From the NCBI GenBank assembly GCA_964035545.1, contig OZ037771.1, forward strand, positions 2,553,628-2,617,627: a stretch of 64,000 nucleotides of DNA. The letters are read 5' to 3'. Source of the DNA: Bugula neritina. Lineage: Eukaryota; Animalia; Bryozoa. Positions 24,071 through 57,800 of the stretch are shown here, one piece after another; position 1 is the first letter of the stretch; each line of letters starts with the position of its first letter. The translations under genes were made by a program, and so were the position numbers. A model generated the notes under the pieces. The model saw only the letters and a list, made by a program, of their open reading frames with translations. It was not told the DNA's origin and searched no databases.

Positions 24071-25237
24071 TAATGCTTTTCAAGATCTGTGTGACTCTAT
24101 TTCTAGATAAAACAGGGTTGTTTACTTTAAGATGTTATATCATTCATGAGTACACTATGATAATATACATCAAAGTTTCACACAATCTGTTATAAAAGTA
24201 AAGAAATATTTCTAAACATTACAATGCATTATTACCTGTGTCGGTATTAGCATATTTGCTGGTACATTAGGTGAATGAAAAAGCACCTGTTATTTATACT
24301 CTGATATTTAAAATAATAATAGTATTAAAAAATATAACTGCCTATAAGCAAAGCTTTTAAACTCTTTTTTTTAACTACAAACAGCTAAAGACTCTAGATT
24401 AACGAAAATAGCAATATTACATATAAAGGTACATCGTAATAAAATATCTGTGTATCTCATGATCTAGTTTAGTTTGTAAGTACAGTGAGCTATTGCAAGG
24501 CAGTGATGCTTTTAGGGTTGCTAATTTTGCAAATCAACTCTAATTTTGTAGATATAACTTGAATCCATTTGGTTTGTACGAAGACGAGTGTCTTTGGGAA
24601 GCACTAGACAAATGTCACATCAAACACCTAATAACCTCACTGGAAGGACAATTTAATGCCCCAATAGCTGAGAATGGGAAAAACTTTTCAGTTGGAGAAA
24701 GACAACTCCTATGCATGGCCAGGGCTCTACTGAGACAAAGCAAGATATTAGTCCTAGATGAAGCTACTGCAGGTAGTAAAGCTCTTGTTTTGGTTGGTTG
24801 AGCATAAAGTGTGCTTTCAAGCTGTATGTCTGTGCATATTTCATTATAATATCCCAACAAGTTCTAACACTACCTTTCCCGAGATCAAAATTTGAATGTC
24901 GTTGGACGAGTGAACACTCTGGAAATTTTGTCAATTTATAATTTGACAAGTTGCTCTGATGTGATCTGTTATTTACTAAAAAAGGCTGAACACTGCTTTA
25001 ATAGAAATATTCTGTCATCAAAGTGCCTTTGAGGCTACAAGTATTATATTTCAAGATGTCAGTAGCAAATTGTCTCTCAAGTTAAAATAAGCTGAGCTGT
25101 AATGTATGACAGTCTTTTGTGGCTAACACATTAATCGATTGTGTTCATGTTTACTTGAAGTCATCCTCAACTTTCTTAGAAGTTACTGGCACACTATTTC
25201 CTGCATCATTACTTGCTTTACACCATGACTCACATAA

Positions 25238-25450
<213 letters not shown>

Positions 25451-26055
25451 TAATGTACTCTATTTCCTTAACTTCACAATACATTTCTATTTATTTTATT
25501 CAAATTCCCGTAATTTTTTAAGTGATAGAATTTGATACACCAACAGCATTGCTAGCCAATAGAAATTCAGTATTCTCACAAATGATGGCTGTCCAAGAGG
25601 ATCAGAAACATGCAGCCATTTGCAATAAATATTGAATAGTTTAAACAGATGCATGTAGAAGATCAACAATGCATAGTATATATGATAAAACATTATTCAA
25701 AATTAACTATTTTGTAGAAATTAGAATGCACGCATACTCTATTTACTGATCTCTATTAATTGTCTGCAATTTACTATTATATTGAATTTTAAAAACTTGA
25801 TTTTGGGCTATATACAAGTGATTTAAAAGTCTCAGTTTTAGATTTGGACACTTTTTGCTCCAATTTACATTACAAAATAATGTCTTGCACTAAAACACCA
25901 TTTGTTACAGCCAAAACTGTGAGCTTGCATATTATTAAAGAATCACAATCTTTGCATTTACTAGTCCTGGAAGAATACCATATTTTCATTTGCTCTAATT
26001 ATGTCTTGAAAAGCTGTTATGTTTTTATGTAGAATATCTTAATGAAACTATTTTA

Positions 26056-26215
26056 GGGAGCAGCCGTGGTCTAGGGGTTAGTGCGTTCGCTTAGTAAACA
26101 CGAAGTCATGGGTTCAAAACCGGGCAATAACCCAATTTAACAAAAAACCCTTTCCATCAGGAGTGTCCCACAGGGACGGTGACTATAAACTTGCTAGAGT
26201 TATCTGAATAAAACT
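26056..26215 (+). mobile_element. tRNA-derived SINE (tRNA-Thr(AGT)-like head)
   Basis: A box TGGTCTAGGGG (26067-26077), B box GGTTCAAAACC (26111-26121), anticodon-loop relic TT-AGT-AA. Acceptor and anticodon stems do not pair. A ~90-nt tail ends in AATAAAA; aaactat occurs on both sides. Confidence 0.7.
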
Positions 26216-26244
26216 ATATTTTGAAGGTTAATTCCAGATTTTAG

Positions 26245-26915
26245 GTCAGAAGTTTGCATTGATAGAGTTGATGATAGTAGTTGGTACTTTATTACTAAAC
26301 TTTAACATTGAGTCAACACAGACAAGAGAAGATTTTGGTCTACGAGCAGCACTAATACTTCAACCAAATAATGGAATACACATCAAACTCACTAGTAGAC
26401 ACTAACTAGTGTTTCTTCTTGTCTTTAATAGAATATGGAGTCAATGCTTAAATTTGGTTGGACAAAACATTTTACAGATGGCTCAATGGAGATGGCCAAT
26501 GGCCATGCTTATTTTAATCTTAATTTGATTATTTAGAAAAATATTACATACGTCGCTTCATTTTTATTTTGAAGATACCTAAACTTTGTCAATTGAAAGG
26601 GATAAAATATGATACGATGATTTACTATATTTTTTGTTTTCCTCAAATTTATGTAAAAACCGTCAACTCTGTAAATGGTCTAATAGAAAAATCAGAATTG
26701 TTGAAGTTTATTTTAAATACTTCATTGAAAATTTATGCCAATATTAAAAATGTTTAGATTATTGAACTATAATAAGTATCCTAACTTTACAAATTTCACA
26801 TTCTAATAACAGTATCTGCTGTACATTTAAATTGCACATGTATTCTTTCTGATTTTGTTTTACAGTCAGTAAGATTCAAAACCATCTTTATATATTATGA
26901 ATTCCTTTTTACATG
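26245..26915 (+). pseudogene. Orphan CYP4 last exon (26245-26405) plus CYP 3' flank, inverted relative to the CYP genes
   Basis: ttttag|GT CAG AAG TTT GCA TTG...: (G)[52 protein letters not shown], matching exon 9 of genes D and E. 26800-26915 matches the reverse complement of 51190-51310. Confidence 0.9.
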
Positions 26916-27032
26916 AGCCTTCGAATGTCATTGATGGCTAGTAATCTCAAGAACCAGCTGAGAGATGCTTATAGCGATTTAAAATCAAAGAGTAAGCTTT
27001 GTTGACCTTTCACATCTATCTGCCCAAATCAT

Positions 27033-40989
<13,957 letters not shown>

Positions 40990-41220
40990 CAGATCCTGTT
41001 TAGTATGCAACCCAACAGCCGCTGCATTAATCCTGGCAACAGTTTGTAAATGACTTATGGCTATGACACAATTTTCATTTATTATTAAATAGTTAGTCCC
41101 CGGAAAGAGTAGCATTATCAGATAGGAAAATCTGGTCACAATGATGTACAGTGAGGTGGGTGTGACTTGTGTGAGAGTCATATGATTGGTCTATAAAAAA
41201 GTAGTTTTGCAGGAAAGAAA

Positions 41221-41728
<508 letters not shown>

Positions 41729-43538
41729 TGGTAGCAGTAAGGTACAGTATAGTGTAGGTGTGTGATTTGTGTGATATAAGTTATACACAATAGGATAGGT
41801 ACATATATGAAAGAGTATTTTGCAAAAGCTAGAAAGGACTTAAAGAAGGGATGCAGAAAAGCAAAGTGGAAAAAGAAAGATTATGAATACATAAACTAGA
41901 GTATAAGGTATAGAGTGTTTATATTTTAATACATCATAATACACACATTGAAACACAGCAACAAAGCTTTCACAAATAAATGCATTCTTTGACAAAGTTT
42001 TGCAATGAGGTAGCTTGAAATTTCATAGATGAGTGAATTAGACTGAGCACACGTTACTTTTGAAGTAGGTGCAGTGATGGAGAATTTAAGAAAAGCCCGT
42101 GTTCTAAATTTAAAATGTAGCAAAAGAAGTTATGGCTGTCTCAATTTCTCCACTACTGTTCTTAAATGTAACTATTGCGTACTTTAGTATAAACTGTTTC
42201 TGACTGCTAAATTCACCTGCTTTTTACGAATTGTTGTGTGAAAGATGTCTATTTCCTATGTGTGATATGATGTATATAGAATTATATAAGCCAGCTAGCC
42301 GTTGGTGTTTATGCCATAGTATAAAGTCTGTTTTAGAATGTGGTAGCTTGCATGTCATTGTAAACTAAGCTAAATGATAAACTACTATATGCTGCAAAAG
42401 GCTGATCGACTATCTTATTACCTACTGCATGATATGCACAACTGAGCATGATTACAGAATTACCACTGTTGGCTGAACGTATTGTGAAAAAGTTATAGGT
42501 TCATACTAGTATAAGGTGTGTATAGCCCATTCATAATTATGTAATAGACAAGTCAGTGATGTGAATTATGGTACTGTGTGCCATGCACTTTATTGTTGCT
42601 ATCAAAATGAAATTTGCCAACTTATATGACTGATAATAACAGAAATTGTATATATAATATGCATTACACAAAACTGTAAGAGTACACAGTGATGACTCAA
42701 CGGAAAAATAATATAAAATCAACTCAATGCACGCTGCATTAACATTTCCAAAGTTTTAAAAAGCCTCTTTTTTAGGTTTATTAGAAGCAACTAAATAGTA
42801 AATAATATCAGTATAGGAATTGCATAACTCAGCTTAAAATAAGAAATACTAGTAGATGTAGTATTAGCTTAGACTTAGATCCTAATGATTTAACAGTTAG
42901 CAGTCTCAGCTCCTAATAAGTGCCGCTGTAATACTAATCTTACTACATTTTAGAAACCGTATGTTAAACAAAACCAATCAGTAACAGTATTAGTATATTA
43001 AACTTAGCATGCACTTGCTTATGTAAATTCTATGGTAAATTTCGTTTAGTTTAGAGCGGATAAGTATTACCACAACTTGCAAATGACCCACTCTTCAGAT
43101 TTATTAACAATTCAATAAACAAGCTCCTATCAGAGCTCCATGCCTCTCACCCTGGCACTAATAATTGATGTGTATTTAGGAAAGAAACTGATTGTAGCAT
43201 AGTCCTGCCAAGCTTAGAATTAATTGTCCTGAACCATTCTAAGGCTAGCATTCAGAAAAAAATATTGCAGACAGTTACAGCTGATTAATGATGTCAATTA
43301 ATATAAATTTTTGACTAAAATTACTCAGTATAAGCTAATAGCTTTGCCAAATGAACTATTTTTTATAAATAGAGCTCTTGGATTCAGTTCCAAAAGTCAC
43401 TTCTTTTCAAAATAAATGTACAATTATGTGCGTTAAAGTTAAAGTATGGGATGCTCAACATAAAGCTATAAATTATAAAGTATATTTCAGTATTGTAATT
43501 GCTTATTCATAGAATAGACTAGTTTCTATTGCTATTAG

Positions 43539-44820
<1,282 letters not shown>

Positions 44821-45437
44821 GGTCAGAGTAGACAAATGTGATAGGATAAAATTATTGACCTCTCTCTGGTAACTCATGCATGTAATATAAATCTAAACCT
44901 TCTTGAATATTCACGGCACAACCTCCGTTTCCACGCATGCCGTGTTTAAAAGATATATAAAAAACAAAATAATGAAAATTGCCATTTAGAATCTTATTGA
45001 ATAAAATATGAATTAGAGATAAAACAGGTTCCATTATAATGTACGACAAATATACTGTTATTAGAATGTGGGAGTTGTAAATTTGGGATATTTGTTACCT
45101 ACACCGCAATAATATAAATAGTAAATTATTAATGAAGTGATTAAAATTTGATAAGGCTTTCTCTATTAGCCTCAAAAAGTAAACCATAAAATTGATATAT
45201 GATACTGGCAAATTTATAAATTATTATAGACATGCATTACTTACTTTTAATTAATGTCTTTGATTTAATGCAGATTGGATATTTTCATAAGATTGAAAGA
45301 TAAACAGTATTTGTAAACAGTATAAAAACTAGAAAATACACACAGCTCTAATAACTCTTTTAAGCTATGAATTTTTTCACTCATCCAAGTTGAACACTGG
45401 CTCCAAATTCTACTAAAGACAAAAATATATACACTAG

Positions 45438-48400
45438 TTAGTCTCGACTAGTGAGTTTGACATGTATTCCATTATTTGGCTGAAGTATAAGTGCTGCTCG
45501 TAGACCAAGTTCTTCTCTTGTCTGTGTTGACTCGATGTTGAAGTTTAGTAATAAAGTACCAACTACTATCATCAACTCCATCAACGCAAACTTCTGACCT
45601 AAAATATGAAATTATTCTTAAATTATTTATTCTATATACTATTGTGACCTTTTCAGTGATGTGCCAGCTTGCTGGTTTGATTTAAACAAATAAATTTTAG
45701 CATAAGAAGTTGTTTTTTTTGTAAAACACATTTGAATCTGGCAAATGAGAAAATTATTGGGCTTGAATCTTACATTAAAAATATTCAGAATAAGTCTCAT
45801 AGTTTTAAAAATTCCAAGCAAGAAAAGTATAAGTAGATAATCAACAAAAACTAATTGAACAGAGCATGCAATCTTCAGTGAATGGTGAAGAATATAACTG
45901 CATAAAACATGCCTAAAAAGGACTGAAACTTAGCACATGCGATACCAACAGTCTACATGATGTACCTATACAGTTTCTAGGTCCTGCACTGAATGGTATA
46001 TATGCAAATGGATCTCGTCTATCTTTTGAGTTTTCTTCAACACTTGACTCCTGGAAGAGTTCAGATTTCAGCTGATCAAATCTATTAGGATTGAACTTTT
46101 CTGGGTCTGGAAACTGCTCAGGATCCTGGTGGAGCGCCATTATTAGCAAACCAACTTGTGTTCCTTTAGGAACCACACATTCACCTGTGTATATAACATA
46201 AAACACAAAATTGCAACACATTGTTAAAAATTTTAAGCAAAATGTTGTTTGCATTCAACCCTATATTACTAGCATTGTTATAAGTAAAATACCCAGTGAT
46301 AGACTGCATTAACTCAGCAACATAAAACGATGTGCAAAGATTTACATTTTTGCTGATTTAAAATAGGAAAATAAGATATTTTACCAAAGGTTGTGTCTTT
46401 TTCCAATTTTCTTCCAAACAGAGGGACTGGGGGAAGGAGTCTCATTGATTCTTTGATACAGCATTCCAAGTACTTCAACTTAGGGAGGTCATCCATTGTA
46501 ATGTCTTTTGAAGGGTTGCCTAATATTGTCAACATAATTATTTAAATTTCATTCGCAGTATAATTATATCAAGCTAGGTGACTTCTTTGTTCAAAAATAA
46601 ACTTCATGCAATTATTGTTGCTCAAAATGTTCAATAAAACAATATAATAACCAACTGAAAATAAAATTATTAATAGGCAGCTAGTTGCCATGAATGGCTA
46701 TATTTAATAGCTTTTTGAAGAGCTTCCTGCTATGATTGCTTGAGAAAACAATTTTATGCCATTCATTATTCGAGTAACACAATTAATTGTAGTACTTTAT
46801 ACTTTTGTACCAGAGTAAAGATAATTTGAAAAATGTTAAAACAATTCCTCAAGTCCCTATATATAGGTGATTTTGAGCAAGATTTTTCACATTTTACGTG
46901 CAGATAAATTCCTTATTAGTTTACTGCAGCAATGTTCATGCTTTCCTGGCTGAAGGTATTTGTTAGACAATGCTATATTCTATAATTTGTTTGTAAAAAT
47001 GTAAACACAATATTAACCAATCAAGCCTATTTCCTAAATATCTAATGGAAACAAACCAATAGCCTCATCCAGCTCCTGTTGACACTTTTTCTGCTCTTCT
47101 AAGTTTCTTCCAAGAAGATAGATTGTAAAGAATATTCCAGATGACGTGGTGTCATGACCCTGAAATAAGAATCAGTACTGTTAAGACTCCATGTAGTCAT
47201 TATCCAATTCACTAGGTTCTTATTGCTTATTGCTTATTGCTTATGTTTATACAGTCTTTTTATACATTTCTCGAATTGATCCTATTTGCGCACTGCAGTA
47301 AACATAGAGGTTTTAATGCATCAATGTAAAGAAACCCTACTAGACTATTAATAAACAGCTTTTTAGTTTAAATTATATTAGCATTAGGAGACTTTGTGAG
47401 ACAATAACCTCAGGAGATGACTAGGAAGTTGGTCTAGAGAAACATCTTGAGTTTTGTTCTATTTGTAGGATATTGAAATTATTCATAGAAGGCAGCATTA
47501 CAGTTCAACTCAAATAGAATTACTTTAAATCTGAGTCTGATACCTGACAACTCTCCTACCTCAAACATGAAAGTGTCAACTTCCTCCCTGATATCAGAGT
47601 CACTTAAAGGAAGTCCATCTTCATCTGTACAGTCTAGTAAGAGATCCAGGAAAGGCTGGTGTTTCTTCTGTTCATAGTCTGTTCCAGAATCTCTCATTTC
47701 TCGCCTTTTTCTAATTACCTGAAGTGAAAGAATTACGAAATAAATTAGAATTTGCTATAATTAAAACAGTTGAGCTGAACTACAAACCCAGGACAATTAA
47801 AGAACTTATAATCACAAATATTAATGTTACATTATATAATATTCAACGGAAGAGGAGAGATTGTAAAAGGAACCTCTAAAATTGTTAACCTGTATTGTAT
47901 TTATTTTCTTTTATTCAATGCATGAAGCCATTTTGCTTATAATGAGTACCTCAATTGTAAACTCTTGTGCTAAAGTGATAGCCTTGTGAACTTTCTTCCC
48001 CACTGCTGTTCTGTCATAAATGAAGTCAAGTCTACCAATAGGTGACCTTGTTCTATCATCTACTCCTTCCTTAATAATGCTGAGAGCTTCAACATATTCA
48101 CTGTTCTCTCCATGGAGGGCATTAACTTCTACTCCCATTGCTGTGTCTAAATAGAAATTTACATTTTCAAGATTAAGCTTAACTTTGATCTTTTGGACTC
48201 AAGATAAAATTAAGTTGATATGGCGCACAATAAATTACTAAGGCAGTGAAAGAAGTAAAGATAACTGATTGTCAGCAATGGATATTTTTGATTAGCATTC
48301 AACAGCCTATGCATGTATGCAGACACAACATTCTTTGTTTCTGCATAAGTTAGTATGGGTTTTTATAAGGCTGTGTAAGCCTACATAAGTTAGTATGGGC

Positions 48401-49889
48401 TTTTATAAGGCTGTGTAAGCCTACATAAGCTTGTGTAAGGTTGTATAAGTTGTAGTTTGCTTCGAATGGCAACCAAGATGACTAGCAACATTATTATAAT
48501 GTAAGTTTTAGGTTCAACTGCGAAACAAAGTTGACTTTGAACTTACCACATATGACGTCTAGAGTGTTACGTGTTACATCATCTAAGATATCATAAGGTT
48601 GGCCAGTGTCACTAGCATCTCTCATTAACTTGTCTCTCAACTCTTTAGCATGACTGTTTATCATTCCATTAAACGTCTTTAAGATGTTGAAATGAAAACT
48701 TGGTGTGAGCATTTTTCTTCTGCTTTTCCATTTTGAACCATAGCTACAATTCCCTCATAGTAGTCATAGCAAATTTCCTTAATTACAATGCAACAGATAA
48801 AAGCTAGTCATATGAATTCGAAATAACTTGATTTGAGTAGCCAAAAAATCGACTTGGTACCAAGCCTTACTCTGTATCACTGTTACATTTTTATTGACAT
48901 TACATAACCTGAAACCCAGCTGGACTGTTTTCTCTCAAGGAATGTAGGAGTTATATATTCCTGCCAGCAGTGAAGTCATACTAACCTGGTTAATAGGCCA
49001 CGGCCAAGCCATGGCAACAATGGATTATACAGGTCTGACTTCTTAAGATTAACATTGCTGCTGCACAGTTTCTTGATATGCTCTGGGCCATAAATAAAAA
49101 CTAAACATTCCTCAAGAACCATAAAGCGGTACAGGCCTTGTTTCCTCCTTTCAGCTGCCCATTGAAGAAACTGATGAAAAGCAGCTGCAAAAAACCTCCA
49201 AAATAGCTCAACACAGCATATGTTTGGCTAAGTTTTGCGGTATGAGGCAGACTAAAGTTAATGCTCCTTATAGTCTAAGGTGTTTACCTATAATCACCAT
49301 CAAAAGTTTGTATGAAAAAATGAATCCAAGCTCAAACCCAATAAATAACATGCACAAATTACTGTAATATCAAAGCATCTACCTCGTATCAAAGGTTTAT
49401 ACTATGGAGAGTGTACAAGGTAATATAAACGATCCTAGTATTTTATTATATTCATAAATGCAATTGGTATTTCATTGTAAATGAAGTTAATTTTATGCTG
49501 TGTGTGTTATGAACCAATATAACTGCAGATATACACTTTACCTGTTAGCCAAACGAGATCTTGACAGTATAGGTGGAAAACCCTAGCCCACATACGTGTT
49601 TTCTAATTTGCAAACCAAGATATTAGGCTATATCATAGCTACATTAGGTAATTAGCTTGTTAGCTCTATGTGTAGTCTACTTACTTCCAGCATCAGTAGA
49701 AAGAGTTAAAAGATCTCCGACAAGAGGCCATGGCTGAATGCAGGGTAACTTCCTCAGTAGTTTACGGTCTCTGCTGTTATTCCATAGCAAGTACCAGATC
49801 AGTGAAATAATTCCAACTACAGAAAGTAGCACCAACGTTGAAGTAGAGTTGATGTAATCAACTGTAGACCATGCAATTTCTCTCAGCAT
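45438..49889 (-). CDS. Cytochrome P450 family 4 (CYP4V-like), gene D, 9 exons
   Basis: Exons: 49889-49685, 49184-48986, 48743-48547, 48146-47950, 47718-47560, 47159-47057, 46519-46385, 46184-45966, 45598-45438. N-terminal membrane anchor, [17 protein letters not shown]4 I-helix [15 protein letters not shown]-helix ESMR, heme motif [11 protein letters not shown]. Confidence 0.95.
48344..48429. repeat. 40-bp direct tandem duplication in CYP D intron 3
   Basis: cataagttagtatggg(t/c)ttttataaggctgtgtaagccta occurs twice. Confidence 0.85.
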
Positions 49890-50416
49890 TTCCTATCCCT
49901 GGTGCTACTCGATACTAGTTACTGATAGCATGAAGTGTCAGTATACCAGCTGTTGATAGTGTGATTGCTGTAGCAGCTATCAGTGGCCTATAAGATGTTA
50001 GTCTAGACTCTAGACTCTATAGAGTAGGTAGTAGCAGCAAAGGGAATAATACATCACCTGATAAGTGGTACTGAGTGTTTGTTTATGATACTTCAGATAC
50101 CAATTAAAACTTTCTCTTGATGACGGCATGATTGCCATATGCAGTCACTCTCATCAACTACCAAAGATATTTTACTAGCACAACGCAATCACATGATATT
50201 TCTTCATTAATAAAGGTCTTGAGGTAATGTTACTTTACAATACACTTTCTAACAATGTGCATGCTGTGCGGCTACTGCACAACCTGCTACAAGTTGGAAA
50301 ATATATGTTTCAGTTTTTCTTTCTTTAAAGATGAAATGAGCAGTTTGGCAGTACATTGGCACTTAGGATGTGTATTGTACAATAACATAACACAGGGGGG
50401 AGGGGAGGGGGGCCTT

Positions 50417-51140
50417 TCATGAAACTGTGCAGCAGCAATGTTAACCTGAAGAAGTCAAACCACTAGAAAACGCTGCTACCATGGCTTAGCCGTGGCCTAT
50501 TATATATAATATATATACAGATTAATCCAATACGCCCTAGGGCATTAAGTGGATAAGCATATAGGTTTCATACTAAAATCAGCAAACAGGCATAACAAAT
50601 TTAATGGTACAGGGAGAGTAAAATGTTTGGCTACATTAGTGAATCGGGATCTTGCCCTTCAAGTATGGGTCTCATTCTGTTGTAAAAAGAAAACTTAAAT
50701 TGGTCTAGACCAAAATGTGGGTTTAGTGTTCCTGACGTGTTAAATATGAAGTATTAAAAGAAATATAATCAGTAAGCTGTACTTCATATAAACCAAACTC
50801 AATTCTTTTTAGAAAGTTCAAACCTAGGTGTTGTCTTCTTTCTTTAAGTTGTTCTATATTGTTTTTTATCATGCACTCTGAAACACTCTCCACAAGACCA
50901 AGTCTGTACGCCCACTCAACAGCCCTATTAACCAGGTTAGTTGGATTTCCCTGCTGGCAGGAATAGATAACTCCGAAGTTTGTTGAGACTAAACAGTCCA
51001 GCTGTGCTTCAGTACAATAATATCAATGAAATTGCAATGGTGATCAAAAAGGAGGCTTGGCACCAAATTTCTTTCTTTGGGCCACTATTTTCAAGTTATT
51101 TTAAATTTATGTGGTTTGTTTTTTCATTTGCATTGTAAAT
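50417..51140 (+). pseudogene. Inverted CYP4 exon 2/intron 2 fragment, split by a ~420-bp insertion
   Basis: 50417-50502 ([26 protein letters not shown]) and 50924-51140 (cctattaaccag|gttag plus intron 2) match the reverse complement of D ~49075-48780. cctatta is duplicated at 50496-50502 and 50924-50930. Confidence 0.85.
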
Positions 51141-51688
51141 TTAAAAACAGTTGTTATTTTCTACTTTTATAAAACTTGTGGTTACCGTTCATACAACAAA
51201 GGAATTCATATTAGATGATGGTTTTGAATCTTACTGACTGAAACATGAAATCAGGAAAAAAGCCTGCGCTATTGAAATGTACAGCAAATACTGTTATTAG
51301 AATGTGGAAGTTGTAAAGTTCTGACATTTATTACAGCACAAAAATATAAATAGTTTGAGCAATGGCATACATTATCAATGAGATATTTGAAATTAAATTT
51401 TAATAATTTAATAATTAAGGCTTTCTCTGTTAGCCTCAAAATGTGAACCATAAAACTGATTTATGATACTAGTAAATCCATATATTAATATAGACATTAT
51501 TTTCTCTTCTTTCATGGCTTAGATTTAACAAAGGTTGGATGCTTTCAGAAGATTGAAAGATAAACAGTGTTTGTAAACAGCATAAAAGCTATAAAATGCG
51601 CATAGCTGTAAGGACTGCATGGACAATGATTATATTTATCCAAGTTGAAGCACTGGCTTCATGTGCTACTAAAGACAAGAAGAAACAC

Positions 51689-56776
<5,088 letters not shown>

Positions 56777-57311
56777 TTCCTATCCCTAGTTTTATATATG
56801 TATTTTGTATATATTATTTCCGTTATATACAATGCACGTGGTTCTATTACAGTAGACACAACACACAGCAGTACTGGTATAACATAAACTGTTTTATTCT
56901 ATAAACTAAATCATTTATATATAGGTGGTGTACAATCATACATTATTATGAAACAATATCAAGGAATGTTACTTCTTGTTGCAATATCCTGTTGTTACAA
57001 ACAAGTTATAGTAAACAACAATAACAACAACAAGTTGTGCAAGTGGGTGATTGTAACACAAACACTACAACCCTTCCTTTCTTCAGATATAAAATCACAT
57101 AAACATATAATTGTACTGGATATAAAATACAAATTAGCTTCAGCAGAAATTATAATAATATGCAAAGTACAGTTAGTCAAATATGTAGCCTAAACTTATA
57201 GAAATATAATATGTGCTATAAAATATTACATAGTAGGAAAGAAAATATAAGCATATATCATAAAAGTTTGCTCTCTAATCAATTAGGTGGATTAGCTGAG
57301 GGTGTGAAATT

Positions 57312-57478
57312 TTAGTGGACCCGATAATTGCCATATCGAGTGGGTAGACAACGCTGTCGCTGAGACCGACGCTGAACCTGGTCTCCAGCTGGCGAGCCGC
57401 CGGCATCATCCGCGGTCACCTGAGTGTCCCCGACCACTCGGCTGCCTTGCAGTGGTAAGCGCTTCGCAAAAGTCATAT
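57312..57478 (-). mobile_element. Relic of the C-terminus of an LTR-retrotransposon (Ty3/Gypsy-like) pol/integrase
   Basis: GC-rich island whose minus frame reads DMTFAKRLPLQGSRVVGDTQVTADDAGGSPAGDQVQRRSQRQRCLPTRYGNYRVH*. RRSxRxRxxPxRYGxY is the typical tail of animal Gypsy integrases. Confidence 0.6.
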
Positions 57479-57800
57479 CCCACTAACAATTTACATTGAT
57501 ATGACGTTGTATAAACGTTGGAAAAAACGTTTATTAAATGTTTAAATGTCGACACATTTTTGTACTATATACAACGTTTGAAACAAACGTTTATTGCAAA
57601 ACGTTTTACCAACCTTTCATAAACAAGTCATACAAACGTTGCCATAACATTTCTTCGGCAATAACGTTTTTATAATGTTGCAAAACAAGCGTTATCTAGA
57701 TGTTGAAATGTAGACGTTATTTAGCTTTTTTATCTAAAACGTTCTATAAACAACTTTTCATAAATGTTATTATAATGTTGCATAAACTCTATGCAGCATT
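57479..57800. mobile_element. Probable terminus of a CMC/EnSpm-type DNA transposon (other end not seen in window)
   Basis: Abrupt start cccactaaca... truncates the Gypsy frame and is followed by 8 perfect AACGTT palindromes plus variants within ~270 bp (subterminal repeat array). Confidence 0.5.

Noticed and set aside
26060-26132. Functional tRNA gene
   Set aside because: A and B boxes are present, but the acceptor and anticodon stems do not pair and a SINE-like tail follows.
57312-57478. Ribozyme or tRNA-derived SINE explanation for the GC-rich island
   Set aside because: No hammerhead or HDV core found and only weak A/B-box similarity; the open frame with an integrase-tail motif explains it better.
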